This document shows positions 38,701-51,599 of a stretch of DNA of 64,000 bases, in pieces. Source of the stretch: Takakia lepidozioides. Taxonomy: Eukaryota; Plantae; Bryophyta. The stretch lies in contig CM060732.1 of the NCBI GenBank assembly GCA_030704615.1, positions 57,908,001 to 57,972,000 of the forward strand, read 5' to 3'. The notes under the pieces are model-generated. The model was given only the letters and a program-made list of their open reading frames with translations. It had not been told where the DNA came from and ran no database searches. Each line of letters begins with the position of its first letter. Within the stretch, counting starts at the first letter, position 1. Position numbers and translations under genes: made by a program.

Positions 38701-40330
38701 AGTTTAATGTAAAGTCCAAGGCAATAATAAACATGAAATGAATACACTCACCTGGCACAATAGCAGCCAACATGATATGGTCTTTTTTAATTGAAAGATA
38801 CAGATGGATGTTGTAATTCACCATGGTCACCGGCCAAGTGGAATGACTACACGACTGGACAGAGAATGGGTTGACCCCATCCGAGGAGAAGCCGAGGTGG
38901 ATATGTCATGGGTCCTCCAAGAGAAAAGGCCACATCTCTTCAATATGCCATGTTTGTGAATCTTGTGGCCCGCACACCTTTCCCGGGGGGCTCCGATGTG
39001 AGGCATGCCATCTCATGAGTCTGGCCAATTCGGGGCTTCGGTACTGTGCCCTCAATCGCAGGATATCGGAAAGTAATACATTTTCTAGGATGAAATACCA
39101 CACGCCCCCCACATGTAATCATGATCCCATTAGCACACATAATACAACACCCTTATGTCTTTCCCTTTATGCAGCCTCTCCCTCATTTGGGCGTGAATGG
39201 TCAAAACCGAACGTCCCTCCTTCCACTCCTCACTCACTCCTTCCAAAATCACAATTAGATCTTGCATGAGTGCTACTCTCTAAACCCTAAACTTTGTGGA
39301 ATACACTTTACATGCATTGGGAAGATTAAAGAAAGTAATCTCCATGCGAGGGGGAATGACGCTTATACCTTGCGTGGTACTTTTTTCCCTTTGACATTAT
39401 CCCGATATCGGTCTTTCTTGCACTCTGGGTACTTGGTGAGACGCAAATCCTCTCCGTAGTATAGGGTTTTATCACATGGACATGCATGAAAAATCTTATA
39501 GCCCATCCCCACAGAGTCCAAGACTTCGCGGGCCTTTTTCCGCGACCGTAGCATCTTGGGTTTGAAATGTGGAGCAAGGATATAGTCTGCAAAAATTCGC
39601 ATTATGGCAGACATCCCAACATTACTTATGCCAAATCAAATTTGAAGATTGAGCAAAAGTAAGATTGTTGAAAGTCGCTCACTCACTTTTGCCCTTCGTA
39701 CAAGGAGTTTCTCGCCTCCCTCTCCATGTCATTTGAGGGGGCCATTTCAGGATCATCGATTGGCCGGTTCCCTCTTCATGGATGCATCAGCGCCCACATG
39801 ATGCATTAAGAGATCCTCTATGGCTTGCACATCCTCCTGGTTAATTCCATGCTCATTGTTGTTGTCACTGTCACTGTCATCATCATCATCGTCCGGTACC
39901 GTGGGGGCGGCGTCTCACCCATGGCTCCCACCTGATGTACTTGGGTTGTTTTCGGATTGGGTGCCAAGAGAAAGGACCGGGAAGGGATGGACAAAGTCCT
40001 GATACGAACAAATGAACATAGGGACATATATTATAATGTGTCTATACAACTCATTATAAGCGAAATGCAAACAACAACCTTCAATGTGTGCGTGCATCAA
40101 ATATGTCATTCAATAATTACATGTTTGTGCGCAACGTACACGCATGCAAAGTTTCAAACCCAAACCAAATCTTTTGCCCCCCCAATGACGCATTCACCCT
40201 ATCAACCAATTTTTGCTTATTAATGTGAAAGAAAATCCTCTCATGCCATTGCACCCAACAAACGGATGTGGCTCAAGCTTCATTTTTTCCTACATGTGCT
40301 TAAATATGTGTGCAACACTTGTACAAAGAT
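35793..40330 (-). pseudogene. Multi-exon En/Spm transposase (Transposase_21, DUF4218 and DUF4216-like regions, acidic tail)
   Basis: Motifs HACPC...KVPRKV, MRWHA, SDGVNPF...STWPV, YLRPLIDEFKELW, TMHDYPG, LDPMHIEKN, GLKFHDYH, FFDIQVHLIVHL...GPIHYRWMYFLERYM...PEGSMAEGY and EQVFFSDD...W. GT-AG introns are present, along with several stops and frameshifts. Confidence 0.93.
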
Positions 40331-41070
40331 CCAGCAGAGAAGGGAAAAAAAAAAAAAAAACATTTGCCTCCCCAACGACACACTCACCTTGCACCAATTT
40401 TGAATTATATCGAATTTAAATTTAATTTAAATTAAATATTTGCATTTAGAAACTATATGATTGCAGTTTTGAGGGGCGTAATGTTTTTATTTTTAGCTCT
40501 ATTTTGTTCTATGACATCGGGCTTTGCACCACTACATCCATGCAAAAAATTGGACAAAAAAAAAAAGGAAAAAAAATAAGTGTGTTTCTAGGGTCATTTT
40601 TGTAGAACTCTCTATGAAGAATGCATGAAGTTGAAGATAACTCAATTTTGGAGTACAAATGAGAGAGCAAAATCTGGTTATGGGTCCAAATGACTTTTGT
40701 TTATTCCCAAAATTTTCATGCACATTGCATGTGCTATCATTAAGCATATGGCTTAAAAATAGAAAATAAAATAAAATCATGTGAAAGCGAAACGCAATTT
40801 TCCGTCTCTACGACACGTAGCTGCGTTCAACACTAGAATGACCCATTGAATCAACTTGGTTTAAGCTCATATTTGGTCCACATGTGCATAAGTATGTTAG
40901 ATCACATATGCAAAGTTGCAACCCACACGAACAACAAGAAAAATATTTATATCAATCGATTAATCGGATGTATACAAAGTACATCATGAGAATATCTACA
41001 ATGCCCCTCTACGCGATCCATGTCTCAAAGGAACCCTATTTCTATCATACATATCCCACTCACGCTGTAA

Positions 41071-42620
41071 TCAGAGGTCCCAATCATCCCGGGAGAACTC
41101 GTATGATGCAAATAGTTCGCTGTCAGCCCTAATAGTCCTACTAGCACATGTCATCACAAACATGTGCATCCCCTCACAGAATACCGACGTATGACCACAA
41201 AAGCTCTCATGCCCATCGCTTCGCTTGTCCCATACTACATTGGTTTTCCTAGGATGACCAAAAGAACTGTTGACCAGCCCAACAACATTGTCGAAGATGT
41301 CAGGGTCACCATCACAAAATCTGATCTCAATGGGAGACACCCCCGTCTACGTACATCTTGTCCGTTGACACACAAATGTAGGGTAGGATGTATGGGGCTT
41401 CGAGGGTAATGTACGGAACTCCGCGGAGGTGTAGTACGGACCGTAGTAGGTAAACAAGTCCACCATGCTGTTTCTCCGAGGAGGAACCACAATATCATTG
41501 ACCGTGAATAAACCCCGACCCATAGCAGGGTCTGTAGCGGCTCTCACAACATACCGTCTCCCCCAATACTCGAACTCCGCATTTTCTCGGATGGGGGTGG
41601 GAGGGTCGAGATGATTCCAACGAGGCTGAACGGTCCTCAGTAACAAAGTCCTATGCGCTTCCCATCGGGGGCGAGGATCCGGCTCAGGCCGCCCCCCGAG
41701 CCGAAGGGGAGGAAACCTAGGGCGAAACTGACCCCTCCTAAGGGTTTGGGGGGACATGCGCGTGGAGGTGGAGGTGGAGGTGGTTGAGGATGTAATGCTG
41801 GAGGTGCAGCCGGGGGTACAACGTCCGGATCAGGTACTACCGGAGGTGGATCGGGCAAAGAAACAGACCAGGGGGGGGGGGTCTGCTCGTCGCCGACCAT
41901 AACGCCTACAACACCTATGATACCCCTCGACCCTACGCATCTCATTTACGTGATGCTGGGGGAACCAACTGGTCACATCGGGCACATACTCTGGCACAAA
42001 TTCTGCAAGTAGACCGGCGCGAAATGCCTCCAGTGCAATGTGATTGCGAGCTTGGGCATCAAGTCGTGGCTGCAATATGCGTAGTGAACGACGCATCAAT
42101 ACTTATGTCGTAATTTGGATTCATGTATGCTTACCAATCATACTATATTATTAGATAAACCTAAATGTACCTTAAATGAATGTTAATGAGAGGGGTGGGA
42201 AAAACACTCACCTTTGCCACATCCGCAATCTTGTTCTTCTTGTAATGTTTTTCGATAACATGCGGTCGCCGCCTCGTTGGTCTGGTGCCGCCCGCCGCAG
42301 TATCCGTTCCCAACACTTAGTGCACCAACACTCAATCTTGTCGGGGGGGGGGGGTCAGAGGTGGACGTGGTTGGACGGGGTGGCCCGCGAGGGGGCAACC
42401 TGCGGCGCGCCCGACTCGATCCCGGAGTGTCAATATCCTCCGCATCACCTGAAATTTGGCCCCGGTCCCTTCTACGATTGTGCTCGACAGCCTGTATTGG
42501 ATCAGGTGCAATGGGTGGCTCCTCGCCACGAAAAACGGTCGCTCTCGCTCTAGGCCATAATCGATATGTGGTACTACCTCCCTATCCTCGAAGGAGATAG
42601 GCCGATGTTTTCCTCACCAT
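41071..42620 (-). pseudogene. SET-domain (lysine methyltransferase-like) gene with a Pro/Arg-rich N-terminus, inside the CACTA element
   Basis: MGRGLFTVNDI...YYGPYY (41347-41757) joins by one frameshift near 41410 to ...DGDPDIFDNVVGLVNSS...RTIRADSELFASY (41071-41340). An in-frame GT-AG intron lies at 42102-42211. Confidence 0.7.
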
Positions 42621-43404
42621 CGCATCCTAATTAACACACACCACCAACACTTTCATTTCTCAAAACCGTTGGCGAAAAAAACCCTATGCCTCAGCCTCGA
42701 GGCTTTCAAAATTGGTAACCAAAGGCGGAGCATCCCTATGGTGCTAGAGAGCCCAAGACAATAAATCCTTCCTCACGTTCTATCTTTAGGATGCCCACAC
42801 CATGGAAAAATTTGTTGAGACCCAGCGCTTTGCGATTATCAGATTGAACCACATTTTGGGTATGTGAATCATAATTACAACACACCATTATCCTTTTAAC
42901 CCCAAGACCCACAACCAAAACTGCCAATCCAAAACCCAGCACCATAAAGAAAAGCAAACACCCTAACCCAGTGCCATATGAAAAAAAAAAAAAAAAAAAA
43001 AACTAAGAAACCCAAAAAGCCCTAAACCCTAAACCTAGAAAGGCCGGCCGTCGCCTCCTGCGACACCCTCGCATCGCATTTGGCGACGCGTTTTAAAAAA
43101 AAAATTACCTGGGGGTCGCACCGCCGTCGCGGGATGCGACGTGTTTTTTAATTTATGGGGCCAGGGGTCGCAAGCAGCGACGGCCCGCCGTCGCAAATAC
43201 CATTTTTAGATTTTAAAAAAAAGGCGGAGCGCAGGCGTGCGACGGCCGGGCATTACACGTAGGCGCAGCGCCTTTTTTTTTTTCCTAAGTACTTGAAGTA
43301 CCTCTTTCCACTCCCGTTTTCGTTTATTCTTTGGGAGAGAGCTGGTAGTTCAGAGAGTGTGGTTCAAGGTGGAGGAGAAACGCACCTGCTGCTGAGCCTG
43401 AGGT

Positions 43405-44287
43405 GGTAGGATTTGGTGCTCCATCTGAGGTACACACGGACCAAGGGAGAGAGTTCTTGGGGGAGTTTTAGGCTTTGTGTGATAAAGCCTTGATAGACCA
43501 CCGTACCACTTCTCGGGATCATCTTGAGGCCGATAGCTTGGCAGAAAGAGTGGTGCAGACGGTGAAAAGGGGTTTGTGCAAGTATGGCTTGCAAAAGGGA
43601 CACCTAGGAGATTGGGATCTTTAGGTACCTTGGTTAGCCATGGGCTACAGGTTTAGCAAGCAAGCATCACTTGCCTCATTCTCACCATATTTCTTTCTCT
43701 TTGGCCGAAAGCCGGATTTGCCTGCATCTATTCGTATGGAGGCTGCATTAGTCATCAACCTTGATGATCCGGATGTATGGACACAAGCATATGCCCAGCG
43801 GGTAAAGTTGTTCAAGAGAGTCATGCCTATAGCTTTTGAGAATCTTGCTATTGCCCAGCACTGAGACACATTGAGGTATGTCACTATACGTGGATGGGAT
43901 ATCGGCCAGGTGTTCGGCGTTTCCACCCTGGGGACTATGTGTAGACAACGCCTATGACCTTGGATGTCACAGCAGGATGTGTGATTCTAAGGGTCAGAGA
44001 GGTGTTGCCTTCATGAGTGTTGATTCTGGAGGGTCGAGATGACATGGTATGGAAGTACCATGTGCGCAATTGTGCGTCGTGTCACCTTCCACACGTGGAT
44101 GAGAGGATAGATCCCAACCTTACAGTGATACTTGCAGGATTGCGTTGCATGCTATGTGGGCATGCTCGTGGTTGGGCCACTATGCTGGTGTGTGATCGAT
44201 GCTCAAGAGGTCGGCACAAGGGATGCTTGACACCACCTTGAGAGGGTTCCTTATGGAGATGGGTTATGTCCACACTGCTTGGGATAG
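43405..44287 (+). pseudogene. Gypsy-type integrase C-terminal fragment ending in a PHD finger
   Basis: FGAPSEVHTDQGREF...AERVVQTVKRGL...FSPYFFLFGR...NLAIAQH, followed by CMLC-x8-MLVCDRC...HKGCLTPP/ERVPYGDGLCPHC (C4HC3) with one frameshift. Confidence 0.8.
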
Positions 44288-45895
44288 TGGCAGTGGATAT
44301 GACTAGTGGCAGCTAACAAGACATGGGAGACCAAGCTCATAGGAGTCAATACCCGAGATCTCAGACTCAAGTTCACAGGTTGCAAGACGACGATCAACGA
44401 TGGGGCAACTCTTGTACCCGACTCTTGTGTAGCTATAGGTATGCGCACGACAACCCTAATTTTATTGACAAAAAGAAAAAATCGAGCTCGCCAGCTCTGC
44501 AAAAAAAAACTGTCAACTCTAACTGGTCCCGATTTTATTTAAAAACAAAGCAAAAAATTAAAAAAATTGGGACCGTCAAAGCTGACTGTTTTGATTTTAT
44601 CCATAAATAATATTTAATTAGAAAATTCCGGGACAGCTAGGGCTGACTATTTTGATTTTATGCCTTAATATTTTTTAATTTTATAAAAATAGGAACCTCG
44701 AATATCGATAGTCCCAATTTTATCTTACTATAAATAAATAAATAAAAATGGGTCCGCCAGACCACTATTTGGGATTACATTAACTACATTAAACTACATT
44801 GTAAAAGAATTGAATTATTTCGATCAATTTGCCAATTCCGACGATGAAATTTTTGGTCATTGCCAAATCCAGTAGAATGTTGCCGAATATGGCAGTAGAT
44901 CCGGCATTCTTGGCATTTCTTGCCAGAATTGGTGCCCCTCCAAACTCATGCAGTGCCGGACCATATATTCTTATGACTCTGCAACCTAATTCAATCTACT
45001 TTTTATTTATTTTACGGACAGCCTGGTCTCCCTATACATTCTCACCAACCAAATCTGCAAGCCATCTTCTCATATCCACCATCCTGATATTACACTTATA
45101 AAAGCAATCATCGATGTTGTATCCTCTTTACCCTTGCACCTCTATATAGATAAAGTTCGATCGCATACAGACATAACAGATAATGACATAGCAGACCAGT
45201 TGGCTCAACACCAACCCCTCAACCAACCCTATCCATGGGTCGCACACATACCCGTTTTGGCTCATATCGACCAGGGCTAGATTCTCGACCATAGCACATA
45301 TATGGAACCTGCATACGTACATTCAAGGCGAAACCGAACAACTCATACAAGCATCCTGCACCTACACAAATTCCTACAAAATATCTAAGTGGGTATCGTC
45401 CCCGCATCTGCTACATAGTATGTCCAATCAACTTTGGACATCCCCCGCGGTTACTGATGCACAAATCAAACAAACAATGAAATTTTGATATGGTCAATAC
45501 ATACACACTCAACGTCGTAACTTATTCTAGCCATTATTATACCCTAACAAACGCTGCATGCATGCTTCGCCCAAAACCCCCAATTGGACACATGGCCACC
45601 CCATAATTCATGGACTTCGGGTAATTAGACATAACCAAGGGGTCATACAACTCCCCAAAATTCTCACTTCACATCGGAAATCTATGTGTATGTCCCCAGG
45701 GGCGCCCTTGCTTTTGCCAGGCAAGGCTCTGCCTATATATTTTGTTAGTTCAAGGACTTCCTATATTGGCATTACCACCGACAGAACGGCTTCCATCTCT
45801 CGAAATGTATTTTTTGGAGTTCTTTGGAGTTCGCGTTCAATCCATTATGTATAAAACACAAACAATATGACCCAATCATGCTGGCCCTTTGTTAA

Positions 45896-46743
45896 CCCCT
45901 AATGGATGAGGCAGTTTTTGGTGGGCCCCCTCTGAAACAGGATATACCCTCACGGATGAGGGTATATCTCTCAGGAAACTAACATCCACAGGGATGAACC
46001 GTATGAATGGGAGGCTATCTACTTCATCCAGCTTCTATGAAAATTTCAACTCATTCCACTGTGTTGTTTGGAAGATTATAAGAAATTTGCAAGCCCAAAA
46101 TTTGGGGTACACTCCAAATTTAAAGTGGAAAAATGGTTTGACCAGGAAATTGGATCAACAAAATATTTTTTCCTCGCAAGACCCCATCCAGATTCCAATT
46201 ATGTGGCACCTAAAGCATGTTGCCCCAAAATTTCAAAGCAGAATTCTAAAATCTTGATAAGGTTGCTTTGTATGGAAAAACAGGGGGATCAAAAATACAC
46301 CATGAAGCTCAAATGACATGTATTTCAGGCTTAGGAGGTCGAAATTTCCTTGGAATCACAATTGCTGCGGTGAAAGTGTTCCTTGAATGATGAACTACTA
46401 CCTCCAAAAAGAAATTCAAAATTCTAACAAAAATTCAGGCAGAGATTTGCATTTGTTTCCATTTGTACTTTTGCCTTGTTGTCACCCCTTCAGCCTGCCA
46501 CGTCACTAAGTCAAACCTGCTGGACAACCAATTTTGGGCACCCTTGCACACTAAGAAAATTACTGACGATAGGGCTTTCATTATTTTAGGGTGCCATAAA
46601 GACGGGCAGGTGCATGACATCAAGGTGCACAACTTTCGTTCAAAAAGATTTTTCATCCAAGGTCATCCAACGATTTGCCATCATGGATGATTTTTTACGT
46701 GACCCTGACGCGACCCGAAATGGGTCGCCTCGTCCATTAGGGG
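45896..46743. mobile_element. Non-autonomous piggyBac-like element 2
   Basis: TTAA|CCCCTAATGGATGAGGC...GCCTCGTCCATTAGGGG|TTAA: a 17-bp TIR with one mismatch and a perfect TTAA TSD. Confidence 0.8.
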
Positions 46744-46794
46744 TTAACGAGGCTAGACCACAACACCTATGAGAGTCATCACCGCTTGTGTCAG

Positions 46795-47012
46795 GGGTGG
46801 TGCACCTACCCATAATATCCAATTTTTGAAAGATAACCTCAACCTACCACCCAAATGCACTACACCTCTCCTACGAGCCTTGCACTTCACAACAATTAGA
46901 TACCCTTATACAGAAGATTGAAAGTGACTATGGGTGGTGCACATACCCATAATATCCAAGGTTTGAAAGATAACCTCAACCTACCACCCAAATGCAGTAC
47001 TACACCTCTCCT
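46795..47012. repeat. Local direct duplication (~80-bp block, ~137-bp period), followed by (GA)n and (TA)n microsatellites
   Basis: gggtggtgcac.tacccataatatccaa...acctctcct occurs twice. Confidence 0.8.
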
Positions 47013-48287
47013 AAGAGAGAGAGAGAGAGAGGTTCCAGTGCGGATAGAGCCCACCCACCCACAAGGGTAAAGAGGCTCTTTGTTACGCTAGCTTTGTTTG
47101 ACATCATATATATATATATATATAATATCAATAGCTTCGTTATATATAGATATATATAGATATATATAGATATATATATTGTGAACGTGGCTATTTGAGG
47201 ACAGCTTCAGGGCACTTATTCATCCAAGTTCATCCACGACATGTATGTATCCCGTTAGAGTTCGTCGTCCTTCACAGATTAGGGAACAGTTACAACTTGA
47301 ACATCAAGTCCTTTTTTTTTTTTTTTTTTTTTTTTTCACCCCTCTCTTTGGGAGACAAATTAAACCCTCTCCTCTCACCCACAGGCTAGTCGGTCATACT
47401 CTGTCAGATTCGACATAAATTGATTATATTTTGGATTGTTGAAATTTTTGAATTAACTCAAGTGACATGTCTAAAAATCCAGAAATATTACATACTCAAC
47501 TTGTCCAAAAAGAAGAAAATTTGGTGCTCGTGAACTGCTTGATCGTTGCAGACGGCGTGCGTGCAGCCTCTAAAGATGCGGATCTCATATCCCAAGCTTG
47601 TATTGCAGGTGGCGAACAATTTCAATCCTAAACTGCCGAAACCCTGGAATATAAAATACGAGGTGCCGAATGGACTGAGCCTCCAAAAAATAATTATCTC
47701 GGCACTGTGCTGTCGAATCTGACACCACGTACGGTAGTTACCAAAACATCTGGGAACAAGGAAGCAGTGTGAACGCGGTGATGCGGGAGTGTAAAATTTG
47801 TCGTCATGCATTTGAACCCGCGGCACCTGCTATTCCTCCTCTCCATCAAATGCGGCACACAATGATTGCCCCGTGCCACCAAACTAGACCCGTCACCCAA
47901 CCAAACTCTCCACTCTCCCTCCATCAAACTGCCGGGCTGCAGCTTTGAATTTGCGCGGCCCGTTGTACAGAGAGAGCGAGAGTGTGATTTCTAGCGGAGC
48001 CGTGATTAAGTTAGGGCAGCAATTTGTCATTAGAGGCGCGTAGTTAGGGAGGCGAGATTCTGATTTGCAGTGCTACCGTGATTTCAGCTGGATCTTGACT
48101 GGTGGCTGCCGGTGGCCCAGAGGAATCTGCACACAAAGATCCGGCCATGCAGAGGGTGACCGGCTGTGGCAGGGATGTCCAGCATGCTTGGAAGGCGAGG
48201 CGTGGTCTGGTCATGGTTTTCTGTGTAGTGGGATTGTGCGGGGAAGAGAGGAGGAGGCGGATCGAGTGCGAGTAGAGAGGGGGAGAG

Positions 48288-51200
48288 ATGGGAGTGTTTT
48301 CGTTGGCCACGGGATTGAAGGGAGCCAGCGGGTTTGGGTCTAAGAGCACTGCAGAGGATGTGACCAGCGGGGTAGATGCAAGCGGCACTACAGCCATCGT
48401 CACAGGTCAGAGAATCTGAACTTGTGTACTTTTATCTTGTTTTGTAGGGAGGTTAGAGGAGGATCAGCTCTGGCGTTTTAAGGTGGTGAGCAAGCCTGAA
48501 GACATGAATGTTCTGTTTCTTGGGTTTTGGGGTTTGTCTGCGCACTTGCCCCTTTCTCCGCACAAGAGGCTTGTGTTGGGATCGGGGGTTGAGTACAGAC
48601 TTCTTCAATGTCATGTACCTGTAGATTGTTCTGTGCAAGTCCCCATGATGCATGACACCCCATCCTACAAGGTCTCCAATGGAAGTGAAGAGCGGCATCT
48701 GCATTGCGATTTTGTGAGGGGTGATCGAAGGCGTACGTTGCACTATAATTTGTTAGATATTCGTCATGTGAGCGACACATTTGGGAAGAAGGCGGATGGT
48801 GGCAATGTCATTTCAGAGGGGATAATACATCATGGAATAAGGCGGAGCAGGCAAGAGATTGTTCATTGGATTGTCGCTGATTCGCAGGTGGGGCGAGCGG
48901 GATTGGAAGAGAAACAGCACGGGTACTGGCAAAGCGTGGGGCACGTGTGGTCATAGCTGCGCGCAACTTAGCAGCTGCTGCGGAGGTGCGCGATGCCATT
49001 CAGTCAGAGACGAACGGTGGCAAAGTTGAGGTGCTGCAATTGGACCTCAACTCCTTCGCCTCCATCCGCAAATTTGCAAGCGACTTCCTCGCTTTGGACC
49101 TCCCTCTGCATATCCTCATGTAAGTGTCGTAGTTCACATTGGTGGAAACTGATGTTCTCTTAAGCAACCTACTCGCAACTCATCTCTGCGCAATGTAGAC
49201 CAGCAGCGGGAAGGATCGGATTCGTCGTTGTGTATTGGATAGATAGCGGACAGAACTGCTGAGTGCTTGTGTTGGGTGGGTGATGCATATCCTATGCATG
49301 GCTGCAGTCATATATCTTAGGCTTTTTTGGTGACCAAGTAAACCCTCCCAACTTAACCACGAGCAACGATGTTGTAGAGGTCTATGAGTAATTCTTGACA
49401 GTCAGAGAAGCTTTTTCAGAAACTTACCTGCTCTGCAGCCTAACAATTGCATTTGTACTGGCTTCTTGGGATGTGAAGCAACAATGCAGGGGTGATGTTG
49501 TGCCCTTATCAACTTTCAGAGGATGGCCTGGAAAGCCATTTCGCAACCAACCATGTTGGTATGCTTTATCCTGAGCCTTACAGTCCATGTGGTGCTGTTG
49601 TGATTTCTTTACGCAAGAACTACAAATTCAAGAGCTGTTTCTTGTGGCTAGTTGTGTGGTTACTGACTATGCTGCCTCGGATGTTGATGCCATAGTAGTG
49701 AGAGGATCAATGTCTCTCGTCACATTCCATGACTATTCGGCATGTTCCTCCTGCAGAAATGTTGGCCAGAGTTTCCACATACTTGTTTAATACGTCGCAT
49801 ATGTGCTTGGTTTGATCCCCTCAGGTTAATTCTCAAAAAGAAGTTGGGACAGCAGCATCTGAGCATAGGCCTACCCTGGTTTGTGATGGAGGCTAGGCTG
49901 GAAGGCAATCTTTGCTGACAGTTTTGAGTATGGGGCTTTGTTTTTCCTAGGCCATTTCCTGCTTACGAATCTGCTGCTGGAGAAGATGAAGACCACAGCA
50001 AGAGAGAGTGGCAGAGAAGGCCGAATTGTGATTCTGTCATCCGTTGCTCATTTTTATCCATATAAAGGAGGCATCCGCTTTGATGCCCTTAATGATAAGG
50101 CTGGGTGGGTGCCTTCTCTCCTGTGTTGGAACCACAAAGAATGTACTTTTGCAAGGTATTATGACCAAGTTGGTTCTGTAGTTTATGCATACAGGATGGG
50201 TCTTTGTCTGTTACCCAGGCGCTTGTGATGCATGTCAGTGTTGGTGTATCTGAGGGAAAGGGATGGGAGAAGGGTTGCAGATACTCAGCAACCGGTGCAT
50301 ATGGGCAGTCCAAGCTTGCCAATGTTCTCCATGCGAGTAGTTTGTCAATGCGCCTTCAGGTATGCATTCTTGATTCAGATCGTCCTTTCTTTCTGGGTCA
50401 AGTATTGCAGGAATTGATAAGCTGTGAAGTCTACAAGAAGGTGTCCACCTTCCAAACAGAAGGCTGTAGCCCTTCTGGGTGAAGTGACACCGTAAGTTAC
50501 GCTTGCTTCGGCAAGAGTCTTCCTTCTGAAGTCTACAACATTGCTGCCAGGTGTTTCCTTACTGCTGCCTTCTCACCAAAATATCAACCACAACCACTGA
50601 CTCTCTTGAGGCCCTCCCCCTCCCCTTGAAGAAAAACATATTATGGTCCATGTGACTCTCTTGACAATCAGAGAGATGCTATGTTAATGGAAGATGTATG
50701 CTACCGAATGCATTTACAGGAAGAAGGAGCTAATGTGACTGTGAATACAGTACACCCGGGATTCATCATGACAAATCTCATGCGCTACTCGAAATCATTA
50801 ATACGTGAGTAACTGCTAGCCACTTGGTGTAGCTTTGTTGCAACATACTTGGAATTGATTACAAGGAAATCACTTGGTTGGCTGTACTGCAAGTCTACGG
50901 TGGAGAAGGTCTGTCGATTTCAGGGAGGGTAAGAAACCTGGATTGTGAACTCTGAAGAAAATGTTGTGCAGTGAAAGCTAATCTAGTCTTTTGGGGGCTG
51001 GTGATTGATGCAGTGTTTTTGAAGTTCTTCTCATTTTTCTTGTGGAAGAATGTTGCACAGGTGGGTACTAGACGACCCTTGCCAGCTTGTCACTTGTCGG
51101 CAACACTTAAAAATGAATGTCTTCAATTCTTTTGTGAAGCAGTTATGAAACGAATTATTCATTTAGGGTGAATAGATTATCAATGCAATGTAAAGTGCAC

Positions 51201-51599
51201 TGCCCCCAGATTGTCTACATCTAGCCTACAGCTGATGAATGTCAATGTGGTACCACTGAAATAGGACTCTCAGGTAACGTGCTTATTGATGGGCACTGTG
51301 GTTTTTTGACTGCTGAATCCCCAGTTTGGATAGCTGTCTCCAAATAAGTTGTAGGTGTAATGAGGTGGGTATTGGCATGATGTACTTGTAGTTCTCTGTA
51401 CTCAAGATAGGATGGTTGGTGTGTTTTCTCACAGGGCGCAGCCACCAGCTGTTATGTGGCACTGCATCCAGACCTGGAAGGTGTGAGTGGTGAATACTTC
51501 ACAGACTGCAATCGTACAAAGCCCAGTGCCCTTGCCTTGGATTCTAACCTGGCAGAGAAGTTGTGGGAGTTGAGTGATAAGCTCACATCATTTAGCTGA
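48288..51599 (+). CDS. Short-chain dehydrogenase/reductase, TIC32-like (8 exons, intact)
   Basis: Exons approx. 48288-48405, 48888-49119, 49479-49558, 49951-50104, 50281-50359, 50720-50804, 51014-51060 and 51435-51599. Motifs: TGGASGIG, NNAG, FATNHVGHF, YGQSK, VHPG and [12 protein letters not shown]. Confidence 0.93.

Larger units (their letters stand above)
35372..43290 (-). mobile_element. CACTA/En-Spm element carrying transposase and a SET-domain gene; outer termini clipped or degenerate
   Basis: Long inverted subterminal regions with GCGAC/GTCGC motifs at ~35372-35550 and ~42940-43270, e.g. atttatgaggccgggggtcgcaa versus atttatggggccaggggtcgcaa. These enclose both genes. No intact CACTA pentamer was seen. 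Confidence 0.8.

Noticed and set aside
43012-43037. AAACCCT telomere-like motifs (also ~17760-17930)
   Set aside because: Only 2-3 copies within TE subterminal or promoter sequence, so not a telomere or an interstitial array.
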